29,613 bases of DNA from an uncultured Candidatus Saccharibacteria bacterium (GCA_964360715.1 CAYHYQ010000001.1:2547-32159), one strand, 5' to 3'; positions 17,350 to 27,431 are shown, numbered from the stretch's first letter. Notes: generated by a model from the sequence alone, not told the origin. Numbers and translations are program-made.

Positions 17350-18444
17350 TTATGTAGTACCGCGCAGGGGCATAATGAGATATGTATAATCATTTTTCCC
17401 TTCCGGTTTGATAACCAAGGGGCTTCCTTGGCCTGTAAAGTGAATATTGACCATCTCAGTTGTGATGGCTTTTAAACCATCAAGAATATAATGATAATTC
17501 ACTGATAATTCAAAAGGGTTGCCTTGTGTCACACAAGGCACATGTGACACTATTTCACCACGATCGGTATTGTGAGCCGTAATTGTTATAATATTTTTTA
17601 CTACCTTAATAAGGAGGTCGGCGATACTTGAAGAGAAGATACTGGCCATGCGTATGTTTTTTTCGAGATCTTGTTTTTTAATAATAACAGATGCTAATGA
17701 ATTATTAGGAATAACCCTTTTATAATCAGGATATTGAGCATCTATAACCCTGGATATTAATTGGACTTCGGGTGTTGTTATAAATATTTGGTTTTGCTCG
17801 CTTGTTATAACACAATCACCTTCAATGTTGTCCGTAATACGAATTAATTCCAATACAGTGTTGCGTGGTATAATAATTGCTTTTGTAATGCTGTTTTTAT
17901 TAGGTATTATTTTTTCAGCTAATCTAAAACTATCCGTCGCCGCTAATTCTATGGTTGTCGGGGTAATTTTAAAATAAACACCATTTAATTCGGGACGTGT
18001 TTCAGTTAGAGCGGTAGCATCTATAACACTGATAAATAATTCTTTAATTAAGGATATGGGTAATGTAAGCGCTTCTGAAGTTTGATTTATTGGTAATATT
18101 GGAAATTCATCAGTCAACATACCTAAAATACTTGTTTTAAATGTTTCCGAGGAAATAATAAGGGTTTGTTTTATAACTTTTAAATTAATTTTTTCATCAT
18201 CAATAGTTGACAAAAAATCTGATAATAACTTCGCGGGAACCGCTATCTCACCTTCAGTATCTATTTTTATAGGAATAATACAGCGCACACCTAATTCAAG
18301 ATTAGTCGCGTTTATTTGTAATTCATTTTGTTTTGCGCGTAATAAAATAGTTTTAAGAATTGGTAAAGATGTATTCTTAGAAACAATGCGTTCAGTAGCA
18401 CGTAACGCGTTCATTAACCGTTTTTTGTTTATTATTATATCCAT
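17350..18444 (-). CDS. dnaN: DNA polymerase III beta sliding clamp
   Basis: LPIL, ATNLELG, EFP, ATDSFRLAE, SRVIDAQYPDYKRVIP, YLIMPLR; 364 aa, downstream of dnaA. Confidence 0.96.
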   Translation of the reverse strand: MDIIINKKRLMNALRATERIVSKNTSLPILKTILLRAKQNELQINATNLELGVRCIIPIKIDTEGEIAVPAKLLSDFLSTIDDEKINLKVIKQTLIISSETFKTSILGMLTDEFPILPINQTSEALTLPISLIKELFISVIDATALTETRPELNGVYFKITPTTIELAATDSFRLAEKIIPNKNSITKAIIIPRNTVLELIRITDNIEGDCVITSEQNQIFITTPEVQLISRVIDAQYPDYKRVIPNNSLASVIIKKQDLEKNIRMASIFSSSIADLLIKVVKNIITITAHNTDRGEIVSHVPCVTQGNPFELSVNYHYILDGLKAITTEMVNIHFTGQGSPLVIKPEGKNDYTYLIMPLRGTT

Positions 18445-18663
18445 TACTTATAAATTAATAATACTAATAATAGTGTTGATAAGGGTTATATAAATAATAA
18501 TTAACTAGTAAACACTTTTTATTTTTCATATATAACTCTGTTGATAAAATATGGATATACGTCATATAAATTTGGATAAGTTTCATATCATATAATATAT
18601 ATCTTACTAATCAATTATTTATACATAACATATCTATATTTTATACTCATCTTATACACAAAT
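18445..18663. other. Replication origin oriC (dnaA-dnaN intergenic)
   Basis: Very AT-rich. DnaA-box-like 9-mers TGTTGATAA (18474, 18539), TTTGGATAA (18571), TTATACATA (18619), TTATACTCA (18641), TTATACACA (18652). Six DnaA-trio-like triplets at 18456-18473 abut the box nearest dnaN. Confidence 0.88.
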
Positions 18664-20034
18664 TTATAAGGTTTCAAAAGATTGGTAAATACGTTCTTTA
18701 ATTAAATTTAATTCTTGTTTTGTCGCTTCATTATTCTCCTCCTCTTCTCTTATCTTTGTACACGCATGGATAACAGTCGAGTGATCACGGCCCCCAAGTT
18801 TAAAACCTATCTCCGGGAATGAGTATTTAACCTCCTCGCGCAAAAGAAACATCGCTATTTGTCGCGGACGCACAACTTCCTTGCGCCGACTGCGTTTAAT
18901 AAGATCAGAGAAGGGGATTTTATAGAAATCGGCTACGGATTTCATGACAAGTTGTGATGTCGGTTTTCGATAGGGTGTATTTAAATAAGCCGTTAATAGT
19001 TGTTTTACTTCTTTAAAATTAGGAACTTTATTATAAATCTGGCTAAAGGCAATAATACGATTTAATGCGCCTTCGAGCTCGCGTATATTTTTTTGGATAT
19101 TAGTGGCGATATATAAAAGTGACTCGTTATCAAGTTCAAAATTTTTCTCCTTCATCTTAACGCGCAAAATAGCCAACCGCGTTTCATAATCGGGTACTTG
19201 GATATCAGCGATCATGCCACCTTCAAACCGTGAGCGGAGACGTTCTTCAAGCGCGGAGATCGTGCTGGGCGGACGATCTGACGAGAGAATAATTTGCCGA
19301 TTACGACTATATAATTCATTAAAAGTGCTAAAGAAGATATACTGCGTTGCCTCTTTACCGGCGATATATTGGATATCATCAACAATAAGCAAATCAAGTT
19401 TCGCGTAACGCTGTTTTAGATCTTCCGTCGTCTTATTCTTTATAGATTCAATAATGTTTGTCGTTAGGCGCTCCGCGGAGATATATAAAACTTTTTTTTC
19501 GGGTGATGAGTTCGCGATGCTATTTCCCGTGGCCTGTAGAAGGTGTGTTTTACCTAAACCAACACCACCATAGATAAACAACGGATTATAAGTTCTGCCA
19601 AGATTTTTTGTAACGGCGATACTGGCCGCGTGCGCCAACTCATTTGTGGTGCCTACGACAAACGAATCAAATGTATAGCGCCGATTAAGATTCGTTACTT
19701 TATTAACATCGCTATCCGCGCTATCATCAGCCGGTTTATCGGACGCAAAACCGGACAAATCCTTTTTTTGGATAGCGGCCACGGCGCGCACATTACCAAT
19801 AGCATATTTAATCTCTTTTATATCACCGTTGAATTTGCGAATAATTTGCAAAATTGTGCGGTTATACTTATTTTCCAACCACTCTTTAATAAAACCATTA
19901 GGTACGCTTACGATAACAGCGCCATTGTTCTGTGAAACGAGACACGTACCTTTAAACCAGGTAATAAAATTAGCACGCGAGAGCGAGAGCTCCATTTCTG
20001 TAAGGACGGCTTTCCAGAGTTCTTCGTTGTTCAT
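18664..20034 (-). CDS. dnaA: Chromosomal replication initiator DnaA
   Basis: YTFDSFVVG, YNPLFIYGGVGLGKTHLL, LLIVDDIQ, RLRSRFEGG, NIRELEGAL, PRQIAMFL, GGRDHSTVIHA. Confidence 0.99.
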   Translation of the reverse strand: MNNEELWKAVLTEMELSLSRANFITWFKGTCLVSQNNGAVIVSVPNGFIKEWLENKYNRTILQIIRKFNGDIKEIKYAIGNVRAVAAIQKKDLSGFASDKPADDSADSDVNKVTNLNRRYTFDSFVVGTTNELAHAASIAVTKNLGRTYNPLFIYGGVGLGKTHLLQATGNSIANSSPEKKVLYISAERLTTNIIESIKNKTTEDLKQRYAKLDLLIVDDIQYIAGKEATQYIFFSTFNELYSRNRQIILSSDRPPSTISALEERLRSRFEGGMIADIQVPDYETRLAILRVKMKEKNFELDNESLLYIATNIQKNIRELEGALNRIIAFSQIYNKVPNFKEVKQLLTAYLNTPYRKPTSQLVMKSVADFYKIPFSDLIKRSRRKEVVRPRQIAMFLLREEVKYSFPEIGFKLGGRDHSTVIHACTKIREEEENNEATKQELNLIKERIYQSFETL

Positions 20035-20125
20035 ACGCGCTTAGTATAGAGAATGGTCGAATTGTAAACAAATCAACACGCGTTGACAATATGTTCACAA
20101 GGAGTGGACTAATCCAACAAGTATT

Positions 20126-20154
20126 TTGACTGACCGTCACTGTCATGATAGAAT
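20126..20154 (+). promoter_or_regulatory. rpmH promoter, positioned for a leaderless transcript
   Basis: TTGACT(20126-20131)-17 nt-TAGAAT(20149-20154) with extended TG; ATG follows after 6 nt. Confidence 0.8.
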
Positions 20155-20160
20155 CTTTTT

Positions 20161-20298
20161 ATGAAGACGACACTATACCGCCCAAGTAAAATAAAAAAGA
20201 AGCGTAAACACGGGTTCAGAGCTCGCACGCAAACAAAAAACGGCCGTACGGTTTTAAGCCGTCGCCGCGCAAAAGGTCGTCATGCGATAGTTAAATAA
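20161..20298 (+). CDS. rpmH: 50S ribosomal protein L34 (missing from the ORF track)
   Basis: Manual translation [45 protein letters not shown]; canonical position between dnaA and rnpA. Confidence 0.96.
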   Translation: MKTTLYRPSKIKKKRKHGFRARTQTKNGRTVLSRRRAKGRHAIVK

Positions 20299-20309
20299 CC
20301 GTATATATT

Positions 20310-20645
20310 ATGGCGCTTCCCCAAAAGGCGCGTTTAAAAAATAAGGTTGATATTGATCGCGTTTTTCAAAAAGGAAAGACCATTGTATGCGGTTTTTTCT
20401 TTGTTCGATTTAGGTTATCAATAAAAAATCACGCGCGGGCGACTATTCTGATACCCGCACGGGTTATTTCAACTGCGGTTAGAAGAAATCGCTTGCGTCG
20501 GCAATTCATACATATACTGGCGCCAGCCCTAGTTTCAATTGGGGGCTTTGATATACTACTCGTTGTAACCGCTAAACCCACAGCGGTTGACATAAAAAAT
20601 TTGAAAGAATCATTTCTAACGCTCATTAGCCGCATTAAACAATGA
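20310..20645 (+). CDS. rnpA: Ribonuclease P protein component
   Basis: LPQKARL...DIDRVFQKG, AVRRNRLRR (RNR motif); synteny with rpmH. Confidence 0.9.
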   Translation: MALPQKARLKNKVDIDRVFQKGKTIVCGFFFVRFRLSIKNHARATILIPARVISTAVRRNRLRRQFIHILAPALVSIGGFDILLVVTAKPTAVDIKNLKESFLTLISRIKQ

Positions 20646-20863
20646 TCCGGCAAATTATCTATTTCTTTATACGGGTATATCAGGCGATATTCTCACCAAT
20701 ACTACATACCATACCTGGTGGCTGTCGTTACTACCCATCATGTTCGCACTATGCTCATGAAGCTATACAGCGACATGGCGCTTTGCGTGGCAGTCGGCTT
20801 GCATTATTTCGTTTTTTGCGTTGTAATCCACTGTGGCGCAGTGGTGTTGATCTTGTCCCATGA
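20642..20863 (+). CDS. yidD: Membrane protein insertion efficiency factor YidD
   Basis: YQAIFSP, CRYYPSCSHY, RCNPLWRSGVDLVP; ATGA overlaps on both sides. Confidence 0.95.
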   Translation: MIRQIIYFFIRVYQAIFSPILHTIPGGCRYYPSCSHYAHEAIQRHGALRGSRLALFRFLRCNPLWRSGVDLVP

Positions 20864-21597
20864 TTAGCAACATATTTAATACAATACTGCTCAATCCCCT
20901 CGTTAACGTGCTCGTTTTTTTGTATGCCTATATTCCAGGGCATGATTTTGGTATTGCTATTGTTATCTTAACAATTTGCATCAGAGTTATCTTTATACCG
21001 CTTTCAATTAAAACTATTGTTTCTCAGCAATCATTGGCTAAAGTACAGCCAAAACTTAAAGAACTTCAAGAAAAACATAAAGATAATCGAGAGGCCTTAG
21101 GCACGGCCACGATGAGTTTGTATCGTGAACATAATGTAAATCCGCTCAGTGGTTGCTTGCCGCTACTCATTCAATTTCCGGTCCTGATTGCGCTTTATAA
21201 GTCATTGACGGTTGTCTTCGGCTCAATTGAGCATATAACACCACTCTTATATTCCTTTGTGCCTCATCCGGCTGTAATCAATCCCCTGACGCTTGGCCTT
21301 GTTGACCTTACGAAGCCCGCCATTATTTTAGCTATTATCGCCGCCGCATTGCAGTTTATACAAGCTCGTAATTCATTAACCATGCAACAGAAGGCCGGTA
21401 CGGCTGATAAAAATTCACCGGCTCAGCGCATGAGTTCGCAGATGATGTATTTTTTGCCGTTCATGATCCTCCTGATTTCTTGGCGTCTGCCGGCCGGCAT
21501 TACTTTATATTGGGTAGTAACGACATTGTTCTCGATATTTGAACAGCATTTTATATATCGTCGCTATGCAACAGCGCCAGCGACCAAATTACCATGA
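20860..21597 (+). CDS. yidC: YidC/Oxa1 membrane insertase, short form without the large periplasmic domain
   Basis: DFGIAIVILTICIR, KVQPKLKELQEKH, NPLSGCLPLLIQFPV, LPAGITLYW. Confidence 0.95.
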   Translation: MISNIFNTILLNPLVNVLVFLYAYIPGHDFGIAIVILTICIRVIFIPLSIKTIVSQQSLAKVQPKLKELQEKHKDNREALGTATMSLYREHNVNPLSGCLPLLIQFPVLIALYKSLTVVFGSIEHITPLLYSFVPHPAVINPLTLGLVDLTKPAIILAIIAAALQFIQARNSLTMQQKAGTADKNSPAQRMSSQMMYFLPFMILLISWRLPAGITLYWVVTTLFSIFEQHFIYRRYATAPATKLP

Positions 21598-22079
21598 ACT
21601 TGGATTATACCAATCAAGTTGTTTCGGCAACACGTGAGATAATAGAAATGCTTGGTTTTCCCGTTACCGCACGCTGGCTTCAAGGTGGATACACTGGGCG
21701 TCACATTTCAATTGTGGCTGTTGAATCACCAAGCAATCCAACAACACTCATAGGGACAAGCGGGCAAACACTCCAAGCTATTGAACATATTGTACGTGCA
21801 ATGGCTTTTCAAAAATTTGCCAAAAAAATACGGTCGGAAGATTTTTTTGTTTTGGATATAAATAGCTATCGCCACCAACAGACAGGGCGTGTTATTGAAC
21901 TTGCTTGTCAAACAGCGCAACGTGTTGCCGCGAGCGGCATCTCTGAATCTTTGACACCGATGCTACCCTATGAACGCCGTATAGTGCACATGGAACTGGC
22001 CGCATATACGACAATTAAAACTGAAAGCGTTGGCAATGAACCACATCGCCGCGTTGTCGTTAAACCGGTCGCACGCTAG
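21594..22079 (+). CDS. jag: Jag/KhpB(EloR)-like KH + R3H RNA-binding protein
   Basis: LIGTSGQTLQAIEHI (KH), LDINSYR, MLPYERRIVH (R3H), SVGNEPHRRVVV. Confidence 0.88.
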   Translation: MNLDYTNQVVSATREIIEMLGFPVTARWLQGGYTGRHISIVAVESPSNPTTLIGTSGQTLQAIEHIVRAMAFQKFAKKIRSEDFFVLDINSYRHQQTGRVIELACQTAQRVAASGISESLTPMLPYERRIVHMELAAYTTIKTESVGNEPHRRVVVKPVAR

Positions 22080-23508
22080 TGTTCTCAATCTCATTTAATG
22101 TTGTTAGCGCGACACTTTCCCGGCTCATTGTCGGTTTTTTAAGTGTTTTTATTATCGGTATAATGACGCGCGCGTTAGGCCCGAACGCGTTTGTATTTAC
22201 AATACAGCTTTTGCTTATGTCTATGTGATTATGACGCTTGCGGATATGGGTCTGATGACGTTGTTGGTTCGGGGTACTATCGAACAGAATGCGGATGAGA
22301 ATACGTTTGTGGGCACATTATTGTTGTTAAGATTACTACTTATCAGCGCCGCTATAATTATCGGTTTCAGTATTCTGCCTTTCTTTCATTATGCCGCGCA
22401 CATTAAAATAGTTATCGGCATCGCGAGTATCTACGCGCTCAGCGGCTCAATTAATCAAATGTTCGTCGGTATCCTTCAGCGTTATCGGCATCTGCATCTC
22501 GTCGCAGGCATAGACATTGGTTCACGCACTTTACAGGCCTTGGCCGTGTTCTTATTGATTCGCACAACTAGCGCGAGTCCCGCATCAATAGCGTTGATTG
22601 TTGTCATTTCGGAGATCATTCGTTTTGGTGCTTTGTTATATGGCACGCGACGTTTTGTACAACCGCACTTAACAATAGATTTATCCGCGCTACGCAATGT
22701 ATTGCGCGACGCTTTTCCGATAGCCGCATCGTTGGTATTTATTCTCATATATTTTAAATTGGATGCAGTTCTGCTCTCATTATATCGAACACCCGCTGAA
22801 GTCGGCTTTTATTCATTGGCGTATAAAGTACTTGAGCTTGCCATATACGTACCGGCTTTATATATCGGTCTCGTATTACCTGAATTTGCGCGAACCGCAT
22901 CGCGTGACGCATTGGCTTTTCGTAATATCTTCGCGCGTTGCTGGCGCGTATTGTGTTTAAGCGCGATTCCGATAACATTCTACGTTGCCATTATGGCGCC
23001 ACGTATCGTGCATTTTATCGCAGGCGCGGGTTATGAAGTTGCGGGCACCAGTCTGCGTATATTGGCCCTTGCCATATTCCTTATATTTTTCGGCAATCTT
23101 GGCGGCACCACTATTATTGCGCTTAATCTACAGTGCCACACGCTCTGGATCTACGGCTGGGGCGCGGTGCTGAACGTGACCGGAAATCTTTTATTTATGC
23201 CGCGTTACGGCTATTTGGCGGCATCGTGGATGACGGTTATAACCGAATTGTTTGTTACTACGGCCATGTTTGTTTTTATAATTAAAAAAATACCACCGGG
23301 ATGGTTTACATCTAAGAGTATTTGGGCGCCAGCAAGCGCGGGCGTTATTACAGCGCTGCTTATGTATGTCTTTCGCGATAATTTGGCGTTGGGTACGCTC
23401 TGTGCCGGGCTATATTTCCCGTTACTCTTGGGTATGGGCGGTTTACAGAAAAGTGATATTGTGGTCGCGACGCGTTTTACGGAAAATATAACTACTCCGG
23501 TTGAGTAA
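22079..23508 (+). pseudogene. Wzx/MATE-like polysaccharide flippase with a 1-nt deletion frameshift near 22193
   Basis: A GTG at 22079 (overlapping the jag TAG) reads VFSISFNVVSATLSRLIV...TRALGPNAF. Restoring one G gives FGIYNTAFAYVYVIMTLADMGL, in frame with ORF 22225..23508 (about 12-14 TM segments; FPIAAS, KLDAVLL, VGFYSLAYK, LNVTGNLLFMPRYG). Confidence 0.85.
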
Positions 23509-24589
23509 TTGCGAATGAATACAATTTTCCATTGACGGCGTTTGTGAATACAAGCAAATCGCCGAGATTTTTAACGAATAGCGAGCGCATATCAATTCTC
23601 TGCGTGTTTTGCGCTTGATAAAGAATCGTTACACTTTGATCTGCCAAACGCATACGTATTAGGGAATCGGTACCGGATGTTTGGGTCACACCGCAATATA
23701 TCAACGTACTATCGGCGCTCCAGCCACATTTCGAAGATTTCGTTTTTAGATGTAGGTTTGTAATGACGTCATTAGCAGTATAAATAACCGAGAGTGTATC
23801 CTGGCCACTTTCGGTACTTGAGATTAGCGCGCTTGAATTATCCGGCGACCAAAGCATCTCAAGGTTCTCAATACGATCAAGGTCTTTGATAAATCTTTTT
23901 GTTTCCGTGTCCAAAGAATATAGAGAATACAGCGCGACACTACCCGCTACTTTATGAATAAGTGTTATATATATACCACCATCCCAAGCTATCCGCCATT
24001 TATTAGAACGTGTTGCCATGATTTGCTTGCTCGCGTTAAGTAGCGGATCAGCAATATTGATTGAACCAATGTTTTGTTTCGCATCGTATTGTTCATAGGC
24101 GATAAAATCACTCGTCCGGGCAAACACGGGATTTATAACGTCAGGATCATAGCGTTTTGAAGTGTTGCGCGCGAGATTGTAGTATACTGAGCCCTTTGTG
24201 TAGTTTGCGATAACTGCGCTTTGATCACGCGACCATGATAAATTTTGGGCACCGATATCAATCTTGGCTACCAATGAGCTTGCCGGATGGCGTGCATCGC
24301 TTAAGGATATTTTGCGAATTTCACCGCGTAGCGGATAGTAGTAATACATGAAGTTGTTATCACTCGTCATAATCGGACTCCGAGCTTCATCGTTGGTGAG
24401 CTGTATCGGCGTGTCGGGTATAACATATTTTTCGGTTTTAGGATTAAAACGATCCGTCAATGTATTTTGTATCTGAGCGGTTTGTGATGTCGAGCTCATG
24501 CCCGCTATAACACGTTGACCAAGCAAAAAGGCGCCGAGACCGGCGGCGACAAACAGTGTCACGATTCCAACTTTCTTAAATATTGGCAT
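23492..24589 (-). CDS. Membrane-anchored beta-propeller-like (TolB/WD40-like) protein
   Basis: N-terminal TM segment after MPIFKK (start 24589, 4 nt after the upstream stop); repeated W/SxD blade motifs (SWSRD, WSPDN, WSADS). Confidence 0.7.
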   Translation of the reverse strand: MPIFKKVGIVTLFVAAGLGAFLLGQRVIAGMSSTSQTAQIQNTLTDRFNPKTEKYVIPDTPIQLTNDEARSPIMTSDNNFMYYYYPLRGEIRKISLSDARHPASSLVAKIDIGAQNLSWSRDQSAVIANYTKGSVYYNLARNTSKRYDPDVINPVFARTSDFIAYEQYDAKQNIGSINIADPLLNASKQIMATRSNKWRIAWDGGIYITLIHKVAGSVALYSLYSLDTETKRFIKDLDRIENLEMLWSPDNSSALISSTESGQDTLSVIYTANDVITNLHLKTKSSKCGWSADSTLIYCGVTQTSGTDSLIRMRLADQSVTILYQAQNTQRIDMRSLFVKNLGDLLVFTNAVNGKLYSFAITQPE

Positions 24590-24593
24590 TGCG

Positions 24594-25571
24594 TTATGTA
24601 CTGGCTTGGCCTGATTCGGCGGCCAATACTTGTTGCTCTTCAAAACTTATAACGGCTTGTATTGCTGCTTGTTTTATGCGCCCTTCTTCTTTACGTGCGG
24701 CCAGGTATTCGCTCTTCAACTCCATCATTTTATGATAAACTTCCCACTCACGCCTGTAAAGTACACTGGCCTCGAATAAGTTCGCGGGCAAAGACAGTAG
24801 ATTGGCCAAAAAACCGATTATCCAGCCCACAATAAATTTTTTAATCATACCAAAGGCATTATGGGCTAGTTTTGAAACGAACAACTTTTTAATTTTTTGG
24901 CCCGTGTATGTCTCATATAGCGTGGCATAGCGCTGGGTCTCCTGTTGAACAAATTCAATTGTTTTTTGTATCTTACGATAGGCGAATTCCATGCGGATGA
25001 TATGGATGAGTGTGCTGATGCCGCAAAAGAGCCATAGAATATTCATTATCACATTAATAACCTCCGTGACCGGCACTAGAGCAAATAAATCCAGGATAAG
25101 AGCTATTAAATCGGCAACGCCGGCTATAAAAAATAAAATGAAAAACTTAATCGTTGAAGGTGTGCGGATAAGTTTTGCAGCTTTATCACCATCTTCTTCA
25201 GTGGGTTGTTTACGTCGAGCTAAAAACTTATCCAGCGCGTTCGTCGGTGAATCCTGTTGCATCTCGGGCGCTGGCGCCGGTTTCGAGCTCCGGGGTTCGT
25301 TAGCGGTCTCTTCCGCGCTCCATGGTTTATTTGGGACACGTCCCCCGTCACCAGCCGACGTATCAGAAGTTGACGCCGCTTGAGGGTTTGTAACCCGATC
25401 CTGCTCAAGCTCTTTGAGAAAATCATAATCTCGATAGCGCTCACGCGCGCCCTCTGTCTCCGGTCGAACCCCGAGTGGGTTATTCGAGTCATTAGTTTCA
25501 GTGGAAGACGGTGTATCTCTTTCCAACTCAGGTTTATTTGACTCGGAGTTATTGTTTGTAGCAGAACTCAT
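24594..25571 (-). CDS. Hypothetical membrane protein with a disordered N-terminus
   Basis: 325 aa; S/T/P/E-rich N-terminal region, hydrophobic central segments, charged helical C-terminus; in the VirB4 operon. Confidence 0.7.
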   Translation of the reverse strand: MSSATNNNSESNKPELERDTPSSTETNDSNNPLGVRPETEGARERYRDYDFLKELEQDRVTNPQAASTSDTSAGDGGRVPNKPWSAEETANEPRSSKPAPAPEMQQDSPTNALDKFLARRKQPTEEDGDKAAKLIRTPSTIKFFILFFIAGVADLIALILDLFALVPVTEVINVIMNILWLFCGISTLIHIIRMEFAYRKIQKTIEFVQQETQRYATLYETYTGQKIKKLFVSKLAHNAFGMIKKFIVGWIIGFLANLLSLPANLFEASVLYRREWEVYHKMMELKSEYLAARKEEGRIKQAAIQAVISFEEQQVLAAESGQAST

Positions 25572-25584
25572 TATTCAAGAGATA

Positions 25585-27429
25585 CTATTGGGCGGCGGCA
25601 TTGGCAATTTCTTTTTTGGCTTGCTCAATTTCGAGTAGCTGGCGCGGGTCAGAGGTGATGACTTGATCTTCAGCGTACGATGCCAAGACGCGCATGGCCA
25701 CATGGCTAGTGCCGGCAAAGAACAGGCCGTGGCCGACGCGCGCTTCCAGCAGGAAGTATTTTTCGGCATCGGTGAGGTTAAATGTTTGTTTAACAAGATC
25801 AATCGCCGCTGACGATTGCTTAAGCAATATCTGAATCGAACTGTTGGTGACAATCGGTTTACCGTAGGGCGAAGCCATAAAATCGTTTACATCTTGTGAG
25901 ATGGTCGTCAGGCCCAGGAAATATTTGCGACAGCGTTTGGCGATGCTGAATAAGAACGAGGCGCCGGCTTCGTATTTCATGATCAGCCAGGCCTCGTCCA
26001 CTACCAAAGTGCGTTTTTTGAGCTGAGTGCGCACTTGCGTCCAGATAAAATTGAGCACAAGATACATGGCAATCGGTCGCAACTCATCTTCCATGTCGCG
26101 AATACTGAAAACGACAAGCTGATTATCAAGCACGACATTGGTAGGGTTGTTCAAGAAACCGGAAAACGTGCCGGTGGTATATTTGCGCAGACGGATTACC
26201 AGCGTCTCGGTGCCGGTCATGCCTTCGAGTACGTTTTGGAAGTCAGTCAACAATGGAATACTGAGTGTCTTGGGATCGGCAGTGGTATTGTATGTGATAT
26301 CTTTAATGCCATACGTCTGCGTAATGGCCTCATCAAGCACGGCTTCTTCCTGTGCCGAGAGCGTACCGAACATGAGCCGCATTAAGCCCATGAGCGCGGT
26401 AATATGCGAGCGCAGAACATCGGCGAAACTTTCATCGGGCCGTGGCTGGGGTAAATCAAAAGGATTGATATGACTGTCTGATGATATGGAAACCTTGATA
26501 TTCGAGCCACCGACCGTATCGGCTAAAAAGCGATATTCATTTTCAGGATCAATGATGAATGCTTGTATGCCAAACATCAGCATACGCAGAACCTCGAGTT
26601 TAATCGTGTAGCTTTTGCCGGCGCCGGATTTTGCGAAAATAACCGTATTCGCGTTTTCCATACTGAAGCGGTCAAAGAGAATGAGTGAATTGTTATGCAG
26701 ATTTATACCGTACAAAATACCGCTATCACGCGTCAGATTATATGAGACAAACGGAAACAAGGAAGAAATCGGCTCGGTATTTAAGGATGTGTGGACGTTT
26801 AATTCATCGGTATTCAAGGGCAAAGTCGAATAAAAGCCCTCTTTCATGCGGAATGTCGCCGGTTTGGTGTAGACGAGTTGCGAATCAAGCACGCCCTTTA
26901 ATTTTTTTTCGAGATCATCGAGATCTTTCGGCGAATTGCCATAGATGGTTATATAAATGCCGAGTTCGAAGAAACGCTCAGTGCCCTGCTGTAAACGGTC
27001 GCGTAAACCTTCAATATCGCCCACTGCCGTTTCAATTTGCGGATCACGCACTTTGCCTTTCGATTGATCTTCCATAATCTGCGCCTCGAATTTACCCAGT
27101 CGATCGCGTAACTGTTTCAAAATCGTCGCTGTGTCTTGAGGATGTACATACATGGAAACCTCCATCGGGCTATCCATGTTAATGATCGGTGAGAACCAAC
27201 CGGTGTTGAGATAGCGCGGGTAAGTTGCCACGAAATATGTGCGCACGCAAACATCGCTTATCTGGAGTTGATTGGCCAGTATGGTCACCGACGCGGGCGC
27301 CAACATTTCATCCGTCATTTTGCCGCCAGCTGTTGTTGCGCCGGTAAGTGTCGGATCGAATGAAATCGCCGCGCCTGTCGGTGTTTTTTGCTCAGGCAAG
27401 GACTGTAAGGGAATAGTTTGATCCGCCAT
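25585..27429 (-). CDS. VirB4/TraC-like ATPase
   Basis: Walker A FAKSGAGKS, IIDPENEY, INPFDL, Walker B LVVDEAW, RCRKYFLGLTTISQDV, NSSIQILLKQ, G-x-GLFFAG. Confidence 0.9.
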   Translation of the reverse strand: MADQTIPLQSLPEQKTPTGAAISFDPTLTGATTAGGKMTDEMLAPASVTILANQLQISDVCVRTYFVATYPRYLNTGWFSPIINMDSPMEVSMYVHPQDTATILKQLRDRLGKFEAQIMEDQSKGKVRDPQIETAVGDIEGLRDRLQQGTERFFELGIYITIYGNSPKDLDDLEKKLKGVLDSQLVYTKPATFRMKEGFYSTLPLNTDELNVHTSLNTEPISSLFPFVSYNLTRDSGILYGINLHNNSLILFDRFSMENANTVIFAKSGAGKSYTIKLEVLRMLMFGIQAFIIDPENEYRFLADTVGGSNIKVSISSDSHINPFDLPQPRPDESFADVLRSHITALMGLMRLMFGTLSAQEEAVLDEAITQTYGIKDITYNTTADPKTLSIPLLTDFQNVLEGMTGTETLVIRLRKYTTGTFSGFLNNPTNVVLDNQLVVFSIRDMEDELRPIAMYLVLNFIWTQVRTQLKKRTLVVDEAWLIMKYEAGASFLFSIAKRCRKYFLGLTTISQDVNDFMASPYGKPIVTNSSIQILLKQSSAAIDLVKQTFNLTDAEKYFLLEARVGHGLFFAGTSHVAMRVLASYAEDQVITSDPRQLLEIEQAKKEIANAAAQ

Positions 27430-27431
27430 GA

